64,000 nt of DNA from Pristiophorus japonicus. Taxonomy: Eukaryota. The notes beneath the pieces were generated by a model. It saw only the letters and a program-made list of their open reading frames with translations, had not been told where the DNA came from and ran no database searches. Position numbers and translations under genes: made by a program. This document shows positions 52,021-64,000 of this stretch, piece after piece. The stretch's first letter is position 1. Every line of letters starts with the position of its first letter. The DNA lies in the NCBI RefSeq assembly GCF_044704955.1, contig NW_027252668.1, positions 3,534,001 through 3,598,000 on the forward strand. The letters are read 5' to 3'.

Positions 52021-52899
52021 GGTGATCCCAAAAAGTTAGTTTGCAGGTGCAGCAGGTAATCAGGAAGGCGAATGGAATGCTGGCCTTCATTGTGAGAGGG
52101 ATGGAGTACAAAAGCAGGGAGGTCCTGCTGCAACTGTATAGGGTATTGGTGAGGCCGTATCTGGAGTACTGCGTGCAGTTTTGGTGACCTTACTTCAGGA
52201 AAGATATACTAGCTTTGGAGAGAGTACAGAGACGATTCACTAGGCTGATTCTGGAGATGAGGGGGTTACCTTATGATGATAGATTGAGTAGACTGGGTCT
52301 TGACTCGTTGGAGTTCAGAAGGATGAGGGGTGATCTTATAGAAACATTTAAAATAATGAAAGGGATAGACAAGATAGAGGCGGAGAGGTTGTTTCCACTG
52401 GTTGGGGAGACTAGAACTAGGTGGCACAGCCTCAAAATACGGGGGAGCCAATTTAAAACCGAGTTGAGAAGGAATTTCTTCTCCCAGAGGGTTGTGAATC
52501 TGTGGAAATCTCTGCCCAAGGAAGCAGTTGAGACAAACTCATTGAATGTATTCAAATCACAGATAGATAGATTTTTAACCAATAAGGGAATTAAGGGTTA
52601 TGGGGAGCGGGCGGGTAAGTGGAGCTCAGTCCACGGCCAGATCAGCCATGATCTTTTTGAATGGCGGAGCAGGCTCGAGGGGCTAGATGGCCCACTCATG
52701 TTCCTAATTCTTATGTTCTTATATTATGTAAACACCCTGCACGGAATGATCCCAAATTGAGCATTTCCAGGGGACAAGGCTCCCAGCTTTAATCATTCTC
52801 TGTCCTTTCCCCCCAGGCCCAGTTCCTTTGTTCAGATTCTGATAAAAGTAAATTGGGAAAAGTGCATTTTGATTTTTATCGGCTCAATTATTGCAGAGA

Positions 52900-53068
52900 G
52901 CTGCGCATGCGCGGCTCAGCCCCACCTCCTGTGTCGATTTCCAGTGAGCACAAGAGCGCATGCGCCCTCCGCTCCCCCAGTCCTGCCTGTGATCACCATT
53001 CACTCAGTAAGCGGAAGAAGATGGTTTCAAACAGACGGAAATGGAGAGCACGCGGCCCCGGGGTAAGG
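52900..53068 (+). promoter_or_regulatory. CpG promoter and putative non-coding first exon
   Basis: NRF1-type GCGCATGCGC at 52903 and 52956, CGGAAGAAGATGG, donor GTAAGG at 53063. Confidence 0.6.
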
Positions 53069-55565
53069 CAGCGAGCAGCAGCCTCCTTACAGCAGCGCAG
53101 CGCTTTGGGAGCGTGTCCGCAAATGGGCTCAGAGACCGGCACTGAGTCCGGGGGGAGTCGGGGTCTGTATGCAAGGGGCGGAGTGGAGCAAGAACCAGTG
53201 TCAGTGCGTGGTGTGAGGGAGAGGCCATTCTCGGGCTGTGTGTGGACAGTGTGTGTCCAGGGGGAAGGGAGATAGAATGGGCAGAATCTGCTGTTTACAA
53301 TCATTGCTGCTTTCTCTCTCCTAACCAGGAGTGAACGTTCCTGGTTTAGTTCCGTCGGGGGCTGTTTGTTTGTCAGAGGCAGAGTGGAGCAGGAACTAGT
53401 TCCGGAGCATGGAGTGAGTGGGGGAAGGGAGAGGCCATTCTCGGGCAGTGTGTGGACAGTGTAAGATAACAGAGAAAGTAAATCACCTCGCTCTTTCAAA
53501 TCGTTGCTGCTTTCTTTCCCCAAATCAGTAGTGAATGTTCCTGATTCAGTTCCAATCTCACCGTGTCTGTTGTTCTTGGACAGTGAACAGTGGAAACATA
53601 ACCTGGCTGTGAGGATGTGAGGAGTTTCACAAAGTGCATCTATTGCAGGAGAGGAGTGTGGGAGAAAATATTTTAAAACTGGTTATATTGTCTGGTGCAT
53701 TGAGTTCTCCAGAACCATGTTGCTGGTGATCGAGAGATACATTGTTCTTCTCTCAGATCCATCATAATCTTCACCTGCATCTTGTGACTAATATTGTTCT
53801 TGTATGATTATTCTCAGAGCAATATTCTTCAACCAGCCAGAACAAATGTGAGCTTTCCTCCACCCGGAACATGAGGAACAGTTCAGGCAGCTCCTTCTCC
53901 CACACAGTAAGTACATTATCACTCACAGAGCGTAGGGACAAAGAACTGGCCTCAATCCTATTATCACAGGCAGCAGAATCAGTCAGTCCCACAGTGATCC
54001 GAAGTGGCAGAGTGACATTGTGAATTTTGCAGCCACATGGAGCAGTAGAATCAGATGCTGTTTCACCATTGGAACCGATCACACTGGCAGGTACATGAAA
54101 CACCCACACTCACTTGCCAGAAACTGGCAGGTAGAGAATAAAACCCCTATCGGAACAAATAACACAGATAGTATAAATCGTACTCTCATATCAGAAGCTG
54201 ATGGGTACAGAGCAAAAGCCATATTCAAGTTTCAGAATCTGATGGATTCAGTATTTAACCCCCAGAACATACCAGAAGATGACAGGTGCAGAATAAAACC
54301 CACATTCCTGTACCATAGACTGACAGATACAGTATACAACACACACACATATATATGAAAGTAACAGAATAAAATCCGCACTTGCACACCAGAGAGTGAC
54401 AGGTAAAGTGTAAATCCCATGTGCACATATCCAAAAACTGAAAGGCAGTAAGTAAAATTGGTACTTGCATCGCAGAAACTGAGAGGGGCAGAGTAAAACC
54501 CACACGCACACACCAGAAAAATGAAGGTAGAAGGCAAAATCTTCACTCCCATATCAGAGAAATACAGGTAAAAAGTAAAATTGATCCTCACGTTCACATA
54601 CCAGATACAGAGTAAATTCCACACTCTCACAGCAGGAACTGACAGGTACAGACTAAAACACACAATCAAGTAGCAGGAACAAATGGGTACAGGTTAAAAC
54701 CAGACCAACATAGCAGAAACTTAGAGGCACAGATTAAACCTCAACACACATACCAAAACCTGACGGGTACAGAAGAATACACACACTCGCACATCAGAGA
54801 CTGAGGAGACAGTATAAAACCCACACTCACATATCACAGGCTGAGATATAGTATAAAACCCACACTCACATATCAGAGGCTGACATTAAAATCCACATTC
54901 CCATAACATAAATTGACAGACACAGTGAAATGCCATACTCGCTTATCAGTACTTGACAGGTACAGAGTAAAGACATCTCTTCCATCGCAGAAACTGACAG
55001 GTACAAAGAAAAGCCCACTCTCAATTAAGCAGAAACTGGCAGGGAAAGAGTAAGGCCCACAATCACATATCAGAATTTGACAGGTACAGAATAAAACCCA
55101 GACTCCCATAACAGAAATGGAGAGATACAGAGAAAGGCCCACACTCACATACCAGAGACAGATAGATACAGAGTGAAAATCAGACTCATTTACCAGAGAC
55201 TGACAGATTCAGCATAAATACTCACCTCCATAACAAAAATTGACAGAAAGTAAAACGAATACCCTATCAGGAATTGGTGGTACACAGTAAAACAATACTA
55301 ACATACTGGAGAATGACGGGTATGAAGGAGAGCTCACATTCACGTAACAGAGATGGACAGATCGAGCACAAAACACACACACTCACACACCAGGAATGGA
55401 AAGATACAGAATGAAACCCACAGGCAATTACCAGAAATTGACAGGTACAGGATAAAACCCACACTCTCGTATTAGAAACTGTCACACACAGTAAAACGCT
55501 CATCCACATACCAGAGATGGGCAGATACAGAGTCAATCCACATTCATATACCAGACACCCACAAT

Positions 55566-56340
55566 ATAAGAAAATAAGAACATAAAAAATAGGAGCAGGA
55601 GTCAGCCATACGGCCCCTCGAGCCTGCTCCGCCATTTTGTACTGCAGCACTTTGCAATCTTTCTCCATTTAAATAATAACTTGCTCTTTGATTTTTTTTC
55701 TGCCAAAGTGCATGACCTCACACTTTCCAACATTATACTCCATCTGCCAAATTTTTGCCCACTCACTGAGCCTAACTGTGTCCTTTTGCATATTCTTTGT
55801 GTCCTCCTCACACATTGCTTTTCCTCCCATCTTTGTATCATCAGCAAACTTGGCTACGTTACACTCAGTCCCTTCTTCCAAGTCGTTAATATAGATTGTA
55901 AATAGTTGGGGTCCCAGCACTAATCCCTGTGGCACCCCACGAGTTACTGATTGCCAACCCGAGAATGAACCATTTATCCCGACTCTCTGTTTTCTGTTAG
56001 TTAGCCAATCATCAATCCATGCTAATATATTACCCCCAACCCCGTGAACTTTTATCTTGTGCAGTAACCTTTTATGTGGCACCTTGTCAAATACCTTCTG
56101 GATGTCCAATTACACCACATCCACTTTATCCACCCTGTTCATTACATGCTCAAAGAATTCCAGCAAATTTGTCAAACTTAATTTCCCCTTCATTAATCCT
56201 TGCTGACTCTGCCTGACTGAATTTTGCTTTTCCAAATGTCCTGCTACTGCTTCTTTAATAATGGACTCCCAACATTTTCCCAACAACAGATGTAAGGCTA
56301 ATTGGTCGACAGTTTCCTGCTTTTTGTCTGCCTGTTTTTT
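55566..56340 (-). mobile_element. Internally deleted CR1 fragment
   Basis: ORF 55669..56109 RT motifs joined directly to the 3' tail. Confidence 0.9.
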
Positions 56341-56367
56341 CACCGAGTGCGGCTCTCAGGCCCCAGG

Positions 56368-56457
56368 TAACACCCAGTGCACCTCTCGGGGCCCCGGGCA
56401 ACACCCAGTGCAGCTCTCGGGCCCCGGGCAACAACCAGTGCAGCTCTCAGGCCCCGA
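56368..56457 (+). repeat. ~30-bp tandem repeat, 3 units
   Basis: AACACCCAGTGCAGCTCTCGGGCCCCGGGC. Confidence 0.85.
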
Positions 56458-57028
56458 GTCAGAGCCGCCAAGCCTGGCACCAGCAAACCCTGGGGGCAGT
56501 GCCACCCGCACACCACTTGCATTTATGCAGCAGGCCCAGCAATTCCCAGTCGCTCTATCAGGGAGGGCGCTGGATGTGGAAGTCTCTCCCTGACCTCCTG
56601 TGTGGGTCTGTTCGTTGCATCAGTTTGAGCTGGAGTGGGGAGGAGGGAGAAGCTGCTGGGTTTCACCCCCAGTACTTCTGGGCCCAGTGGGACCAACAAT
56701 TTCCCATGTGGGACTGTCACGGGAGGTGGGTTCCCTTTCCTGAAGGACAGTCGTGACCCAGATGTGTTTTTATGACAATCCGGCAGCTTTCATTGTCACT
56801 TTTTTCTAGTGCTGGCCCCACAAATGACCAGATTCATCAAGCTCAATTTCACAAACTGCCTTTGTGTTTTTGTGGGTTCTCTCTCACACTCCCTTTTACC
56901 TGTTTGAAATTCACTTTATAGGGTATTAAAAGGGGAGGATTTGTAGACTGGAAGCTCAAACCAAACATCACTTCAAGATCTGACAGTCACTCGATACATC
57001 GGGACCGGAATATCATCAGCTTTTGACC

Positions 57029-58294
57029 ATGGAAGCAGAAGGCACCGTTCACAGTGGGGAGAAACGGTACACGTGCTCTGTGTGTGGACAAGGCTTCAGC
57101 CAATCATCCAACCTGGAGAGACACAAGCACAGTCACATTGGGGAGAAACCATGTAAATGTGAGGACTGTGGGAAACGATTCAACTACCCGTCCCAGCTGA
57201 AAATGCACCAGCCATTTACCTGCTCTGACTGTGGGAAGGGATTCACTGCATCATCCCACCTGCTGACACACCAAGTTCCCACTGGGGAGAGGCTGTTCAT
57301 CTGCACGGAGTGTGGGAAGGGATTCACTGTATCATCCAGCCTGCTGACACACCAGCGAGTTAACACTCGGGAGAGTCCGTTCACCTGCTCCGACTGTGGG
57401 AAGGGATTCACTGCATCATCCCACCTGCTGACACACCAGCAAGTTCCCACTGGGGAGAGGCCGTTCACCTGCTCCGACTGTGGGAAAGGATTCACTCAGT
57501 TATCCGCCCTACTGAGACACCAGCGAGTTCACACTGGGGAGAGACCTTTTAAATGTTCTGACTGTGAGAAGAGTTTTAAAAGCAAACAGCAACTCCTGAC
57601 ACACCAGCGAGTTCACACTGGGGAGAGGCCGTTCACCTGCTCCGAGTGTGGGAAGAGATTCACTCAGTCATCCAGCCTGCTGACACACCAGCAAGTTCAC
57701 ACCGGGGAGAGGCCGTTCACCTGCGTGGAGTGTGGGAAGGGTTTCACTGTATCATCCAGCCTGCTGATACACCAGCAAGTTCACACTGGGGAAAGGCCGT
57801 TCTCCTGCTCCGACTGTGGGAAGGGATTCACTCAGTTATTCGCCCTGCTGAGACACCAGCGAGTTCACACTGAGGAGAGACCTTTTAAATGTTCTAACTG
57901 TGAGAAGAGTTTTAAAAGCAAACAGCAACTCCTGACACACCAGCGAGTTCACACTGGGGAGAGGCCTTTTAAATGTTCTGACTGTGAGAAGAGTTTTAAA
58001 AGCAAACAGCACCTGCTGATACACCAGCGACTTCACACTGGGGAGAGGCCGTTCACCTGCTCAGAGTGTGGGAAGGGATTCACTCTGTCATACCACCTGC
58101 TGAGACACCAGCGAATTCACACAGGGGAGAGGCCGTTCAGCTGCTCTGAATGTGGGATGGGATTCACTCGGTCAGCCCACCTGCTGAGACACCAGCGAAT
58201 TCACACTGGGGAGAGGCCGTTCACCTGCTCAGAGTGTGGGAAGGGATTCATTCGATCATCCAACCTGCTGAGCCACCAGCGAGTTCACAAGTGA
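57029..58294 (+). CDS. Tandem C2H2 zinc-finger protein, 15 finger units, no KRAB visible
   Basis: Open ORF from ATG 57029 with TGERPF linkers; candidate splice acceptor at 56921. Confidence 0.93.
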   Translation: MEAEGTVHSGEKRYTCSVCGQGFSQSSNLERHKHSHIGEKPCKCEDCGKRFNYPSQLKMHQPFTCSDCGKGFTASSHLLTHQVPTGERLFICTECGKGFTVSSSLLTHQRVNTRESPFTCSDCGKGFTASSHLLTHQQVPTGERPFTCSDCGKGFTQLSALLRHQRVHTGERPFKCSDCEKSFKSKQQLLTHQRVHTGERPFTCSECGKRFTQSSSLLTHQQVHTGERPFTCVECGKGFTVSSSLLIHQQVHTGERPFSCSDCGKGFTQLFALLRHQRVHTEERPFKCSNCEKSFKSKQQLLTHQRVHTGERPFKCSDCEKSFKSKQHLLIHQRLHTGERPFTCSECGKGFTLSYHLLRHQRIHTGERPFSCSECGMGFTRSAHLLRHQRIHTGERPFTCSECGKGFIRSSNLLSHQRVHK

Positions 58295-58754
58295 CTGCAG
58301 GGGTTGGATTCTGCTGTTATTGCTGCTGTTAATCACATCCTGGACTGAATTGTGTTCATTCTGACAGTTGGGGTTTATATCTCTTGTAACGCTAATGTTA
58401 ATAACTCCTGTAGCTGGACTGGAATTTAATATTTGATATATCGACACATAAATTAGTGTTGCTTTCAACACATTGCTGTGGATTTTTGTCTTTCCCACCT
58501 GAATGTTTAGCATCACCTGGCTGGAGCTGAGAAAGGACAATCTGGGGGGAGGATCATACAGGGGGAACAGAATTTCAGCCTGGACACACTAAGATCACTT
58601 CATTCCTCTGAACTCAAATGTGTATAGGCCCAACCTATCGTCATAAGTTGACCCCCCTCATCTCCGGAATCTACAGCAGACATGAGCAAGGACCTGAGGC
58701 TTATTGAAAGACACATTTCATTACAGACAAGGTTACACTGGGAGAAATGTTCAG

Positions 58755-59292
58755 TTAGAACAGAAGAAATGGGAGCAGGAGTAGGCCATTTGGCCCCTCA
58801 GGCCTGCTCCGCCATTCAATAAGACCATGGCTGATCTGATCATGGACTCAGCTCCACTTCCCTGCCCGCTCCCCATAACCTTTTACTCCCTTATCACTCA
58901 AAAATCTGTCTATCTCTGCCTTAAATATATTCAAAGACCCAGCCTCCACAGCTCTCTTGGGCAGAGAATTCCATAGATTTACACCCATCAGAGAAGAAAT
59001 TCATCACCTCAATTTTAATTGGGCGGCCCCTTATTCTAAGACTATGTCCCCTAGTTTTAGTTTCCCGTATGAGTGGAAATATCCTCTCTGCATCCACATT
59101 GTTGAGCCCCCTCATCATCTTATATGTTTTGATAAGATCACCTCTCATTCTTCTGAACTCCAATTTGTATAGGCCCAACCTACTCAACCTTTCTTGATGA
59201 GTCAACCCTCTCATCTCTGGAATCAACCTAGTGAACCTTCACTGAACAGCCTCCAATGCAAGTATATCCTTCCTTAAATACAGAGACCAAAA
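58755..59292 (-). mobile_element. CR1 3' fragment
   Basis: ORF 58921..59226. Confidence 0.9.
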
Positions 59293-59669
59293 TACAGAGT
59301 CCATTACAGGCAAAATGCCAAGCAAACCAGCAGCACACTGGCACCTTAACTATGTCTCATCGGTCTACAGGCTTTTCTTAAATAGATTTGCTGAGTGGAT
59401 ATAAACTTATACAAGGTTTGCAGGCGTGATGCTCTATTCACATATTGGAGGTAGAAGAGATGCTGTGAGGTACTTTCAGCAGCTGAAAGTGACTAACAGA
59501 CTAGGTTTTGTGTTTAGTGAGCCTGGGCGTGTTACCAATACCAGCAAAATCGGGACAGTGCAGCATGGATATGAAAGTGGCTAAGTGACACAAACAGAGT
59601 AGTGGTGAACGGTTGTTTTTCAGACTGGAGGAAGTGGAGTTCCCCAGGGGTCAGTACTGGGGCCGCTAA

Positions 59670-60270
59670 TGTTGGTGAATCTGTCCTCCCAGGGGTTTTG
59701 TAGGATCTTGCGGAGACATCGTTGGTGGTATTACTCCAGCAACTTGAGGTGTCTACTGTACATGGTCCATGTCTCTGTGACATACAGGAGGGCAGGTATT
59801 ACTACAGCCCTGTAGACCATGAGTTATGTCACAAATTTGAGGGCCTGGTCTTCAAATACACTTTTCCTCAGGCGGCCGAAGGCTGCACTGGTGCACTGGA
59901 GGCAGTGTTGAATCTCGTTGTCAATGTCTGCTCTTGTTGATAAGAGGTTCCCGTATGGTCCACGTTGTCCAGGACCGCGCCGTGCATCCTTGATGACTGG
60001 GGGGGCGGGAGGTTTGTGGAGTACCTTTGTCTTACAGATGTTTAGTGCAAGGCCCATGCTTTCGTATGCCTCAGTAAATACCTTGACTATGATTTGGAAG
60101 TTCAGCCTCTGTATGTGCGCAGACACAGGCATCGTCCGCGTATGGTAGCTCGACGACCGAGGTTGGGGTGGTCTTGGACCTGGCCTGGAGACGACGAAAG
60201 TTGAACAGGTTCCCACTGGTTCTGTAGTTTAGTTCCACTCCAGCGAGGAGCTTGTTGACTGAGATGGAGC
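59670..60270 (-). mobile_element. RTE-clade LINE fragment between old plus-strand CR1 pieces (~59540-59668, 60270-60565)
   Basis: GNLFNFRRLQA..YADDA, MGLALNICKTKVL, SAAFGRLRKSVF. Confidence 0.85.
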
Positions 60271-60922
60271 AATTCTGGGTACCGCATTTTAGCAAGTATG
60301 CGAAGGCTTTGGAGAGGGTGCAGAAAAGATTTATGAGAATGATTCAGGGATGAGGGACTTCAGTTACGTGGATAGTCTGGAGAAGCTGAGGTTGTTCTCC
60401 TCAGGGCAGAGAAGATTGAGAGGAGATTTGACAGAGGTATTCAAAATCATGAAGGGTCTGGACAGAGCAGATGGAGTGGGATTAGCTGACGCTCTTGCAG
60501 ATAGCCGGCATGGGCTCGATGGGCAAAACGGCCTCCTTCCGTGTTGTAACCAGTCTCTGATTCTAAGATGAAGAAAAACCTGTTACCCAGGATGCTCCAT
60601 CTCCCGGACACTGGGACCCAGTTGGGAACAGAGACCCTGAAGCCCCGTCCATTCTCTGTTCCTGAACCAAGATGGCCATGCATGCGCCCTGATCCCGCCC
60701 TGTGCAAGATGGCGGCCAGTGACCCTGCTCACCCGGGCCTGTCACCATGGGGCATGAGGGCTCTAATTTGGGTTCTGAGATTTATCTGTATCTAAACCGT
60801 GCTGTACCTGCCCTGGGATTGTTTGATGAGATAGTGCAGAGGGAGCTTTACTCTGAATTTAACCAGTGCTGTACTTGCTCTGGTAGTCTTCGACAGGAAG
60901 GTGTCGAGGAAGTGTTTCAATA

Positions 60923-63500
60923 CATATGAAAAATGACGGACAGGGAAAGACCATCTGGTCCATCAAGCCTGTCCCACACAATTGCGATATATCACAGCAT
61001 ATACACTCCACTCCACCCGAATCCATGTGATCTCCTGGGAGAGGCAAAAAAACATTTAAAAAACCCAGGCCAATTTGGGAAAATAAAATATGGGAAATTC
61101 CTCTCCGACCCATCTAAGCGATCGAAACTAGTCCAGGAGATCACTCTGGCCATTAAATTCTCTGCAGTACCTACCTTCTGTAAGTGTTAATCTCCGCCGC
61201 AGCCACAAACAAATCCAGCTTTTGCTTGAAGGAATTCAGTGAGTCTGTATCCACCACATGAGAGGGCAGCTTGTTCCAGAGGTCTACTATTCTCTGGGAA
61301 AAGAACCACCTCCTGACATCTAACCTAGATGTAGCCTTATACAACTTAAATTTGTGCCTCTGGTCCTGCCTAACCTACTTCATTGAAATAAACGGTCAGC
61401 TGGAACACTTTCACGTTCATTATCTTATAAACCGCAGTCATATCCCCCTAAGTCTACGCTGATCTAAGGAAAAGAGTCCCAACTCTTTTAACCTATCTTG
61501 ATAACTAAGATACTTTAGACTTGGAATTAGTCTAGTGGCCCTCTTCTGCACCTTTTCCAGAGCCTCAATATCACCCACCTTGTGAGGAGACCAAAACTGG
61601 ACACAGTATTCCAAGTGCAGCCTGACTAAGGTATTGTATCAGGACAAAACAGTACGCCTCGTCTTATACTCCATTGTCCTATGGAAACACCCAACGCCCT
61701 ATTTGCTCTAGCTATCGCTGCACAGCATTGCTCATGTACCTTTAAGGATGTATGCACTAGAATGCCCAAATCTCTTTCCATCTCCACCAGCTTTAATGCC
61801 TTTCCCGAGAGGGTTTACGAATGTTGAGCATTTGCCCTGCCCACATGCATGCCACTGAACTTATCTAAGTTATACATCATTTTCCAGTCATGAGACCAGA
61901 CTCCCAACACCTTAAGATCTGCCTGAATCAGACGAGCCTATTCTACAGTTCCAGCACTTGCACAGATTTTCATATTTCCAAATTTGCAAACTGTGCCCCC
62001 AACCCCAAAATCCAGATCCTTAATATAATTAGTGAAAAGCAACGGTCCCAGCACTGATCCCTGCGGGACACCACTGGTGACCAGTCTCCAAACAGATCCA
62101 AATCCATCTATAACTGCTCTTTTCCGGCATCCTGCCAGCCAGATCTGAATCCAGCTCAATATATTTCCACTAATACCGGAGGCTCCCATCTCACAGAGAA
62201 GCTTCTTGTGTGGTATCCTCTCAAAAGCTTTTTGAAAATCTAAGTAGACAATGTCTACTGGGCTTCCCTCATCCACCAACTTTGTAACTTTTTCAAAAAA
62301 TATAATTAAAATTGTGAGACATGAACTCTTTTTTTTATGAAGCCATGTTGGGTGTCCCCAATATGTCCCTCCCTATCCAAGTATTCATATCTTGCATCCC
62401 TTATGATTCAAGCATCTTACCTATTGCTGATATTAAACTGATGGGCCTATAGTTACCCGGGTCTGCGTTGTCACAATTTTATAAAATGGGGACTACCTTA
62501 GCCTCCTTCCAGTCTGTAGGAACCATTCCAGATTGCAGTGAGCTATTTAAAATACAGGCCAGGGGCTCGCACAGCACATGTCCCATCTCCCGGAGGACCC
62601 TCGGGTGGGTATTATCCGGCCCTGCTGCTCGATCTATTTTCAAGTTCTTAATTTTTTCTAAAACAATCTGGTTATATAAGTTAATGTTACTGATAAAACT
62701 AGTATTATTAAATTCTAATATTTGAGCATGATTTTCAAGGGTGAATACTGATGCAAAGTACTCATTTAATATTTCCGCCATACTCAGTGAGTCCTTTGTA
62801 ACCTGTCCTTGAACACCCTTCAGTGGCCCAAAACAGTCTTTGATAGTTCTCTGACTCTTCACATAACTCAAAAAGCTCTTCCCATGACTGCCACAGTTGT
62901 CCACAATCCTTTTTCCCATTAGCCTTTTTGCTGATCGAATAGCAGCCTTCGTTTTCTTTAATTGTTCCTTGTATTCACCCTATTTATTTGAGTGTTAAAT
63001 GATTTAATTTATAGAGACATTTCTGTTTATATCTGATTTGTCTTTGTACAGAGCCAGTCGGCCACCTTGGCTTTTTCTCACCACATGTCTATCTTTTGAT
63101 TTTGTCGACATGTTGGTTTTCAACATTTTTAATCGTATTCTTAAAAACTTTCCATTTATATTCAACATCGGTCGCATCAGCACCGAGGGGGGTTGGCCAA
63201 TTTACCTGTTGCAAGTCCTCTGCCATTTTGGAGAAGTTTGCCCGTCTGAAATGTGGCGCGAGTCGCAGGTTCTCAGTCCCTTTGGTTCTCCCGGCCAATT
63301 GGGAGCGTATAATGTGATCAGTGTTGCCCAGATGTTCCCCCACACCAGGTCAGGCTCACCACTAAACACCAGGTCCAATATATAACTTTCCCCAGTGACT
63401 TCATTAACATGTTGAGTCAGGAAACAGTCCTGTATATTGTCAATAAATCTTTCAGCTGCACTTCCCCCAACAGCAGGTAAAGCAGCGTGCCCCTGAATGT
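60923..63500 (-). mobile_element. Divergent older CR1-clade LINE
   Basis: ORF fragments FLTQHV..ILDLVFS, AEILNEYFASVFT, GVPQGSVLGPLLF. Confidence 0.88.
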
Positions 63501-64000
63501 CAGGGCAATAACAATGAGCTTCCCTCAGGTTAATTCTCTCTCTGTCCCCCACACAAGCTGCCTGAGCGGCTGAGTGTTTCCAGCACCTTATGTCTTTATT
63601 CTCTCAGATTGCAGCATTCCCGCTGCTGAGCTCAGGGGCTGTGTGGGCGGGGCCCTGACGTCACACACGGCGGGCGGGGCCATGTCCCGCGCGCTGCCCG
63701 GCTCGCGAAGTAACAGTTCAACTGCCCCGGGTTCAAATCAGGAGCCACGTGACCCCGAGTGGTTCCTTCTGCAGTCCTCTGGGCGGGGCTCTGTGGTGGA
63801 GCGGATCTGGGATTGGTGCAAGGGGCTGTCAATCTCCTGTGTGCAGCCAGGGTTACCGGGGCCGCGCTCTGTCACTGGGGGAACTGGGCTCACGGACTGA
63901 GAGCGGGCGTCTCAGCCCGAGAGCTGAACAAACACTGGGAGGGACTTTAAAGTGTAACAGTGCCGCTTTGTAACTGTGCACAGAAAATGGCGCATTGCCA

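Larger units (their letters stand above)
44144..52722 (+). mobile_element. Host CR1 3' fragment (44144-44205 and 52026-52722) split by tandem Tx1 insertions
   Basis: ..CCTTGTGCATGAA | TCCCAAAAAGTTAGT.. rejoin in frame as VHESQKVS; ORF 52215..52760. Confidence 0.92.

Noticed and set aside
62318-62340. CATGAACTCTTTT resembling the Tx1 target junction
   Set aside because: It lies in the ordinary HGF..SCLT coding segment of a different CR1 family, not at the target position
63620-64000. CpG-rich segment with AAAATGGCG at the window edge
   Set aside because: Possibly a promoter or LINE 5' region, but it cannot be assigned from this window

Overview
Repeat-dense vertebrate DNA, most likely a cartilaginous fish (inferred from the CR1/Tx1/RTE/DeuSINE content and a KRAB-less C2H2 array). 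The window is two degenerate copies of one ancestral block (unit A ~7.4-21.6 kb, unit B ~36.7-55.5 kb), each preceded by a 41-bp satellite crowded with CR1 LINEs. The histone genes are split between the units: A keeps H2B and a frameshifted H2A; B keeps intact H3.2 and H4, a decapitated H1 and an orphan H2A tail. A 15-finger zinc-finger ORF lies at 57.0-58.3 kb. Three observations stand out. (1) A 350-bp retroposon with poly(A) and a 10-bp TSD is a mosaic of U2 and U1 snRNA, possibly also U6/U4 (SINEU-like). (2) A Tx1-clade LINE has hit the same site in CR1 three times, always antisense. (3) A genomic CR1 copy carries about 90 clustered sense-strand A-to-G changes, the signature of ADAR hyper-editing fixed by retrotransposition. 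Alignments and counts were done by eye against recalled consensus sequences, so repeat boundaries are approximate.
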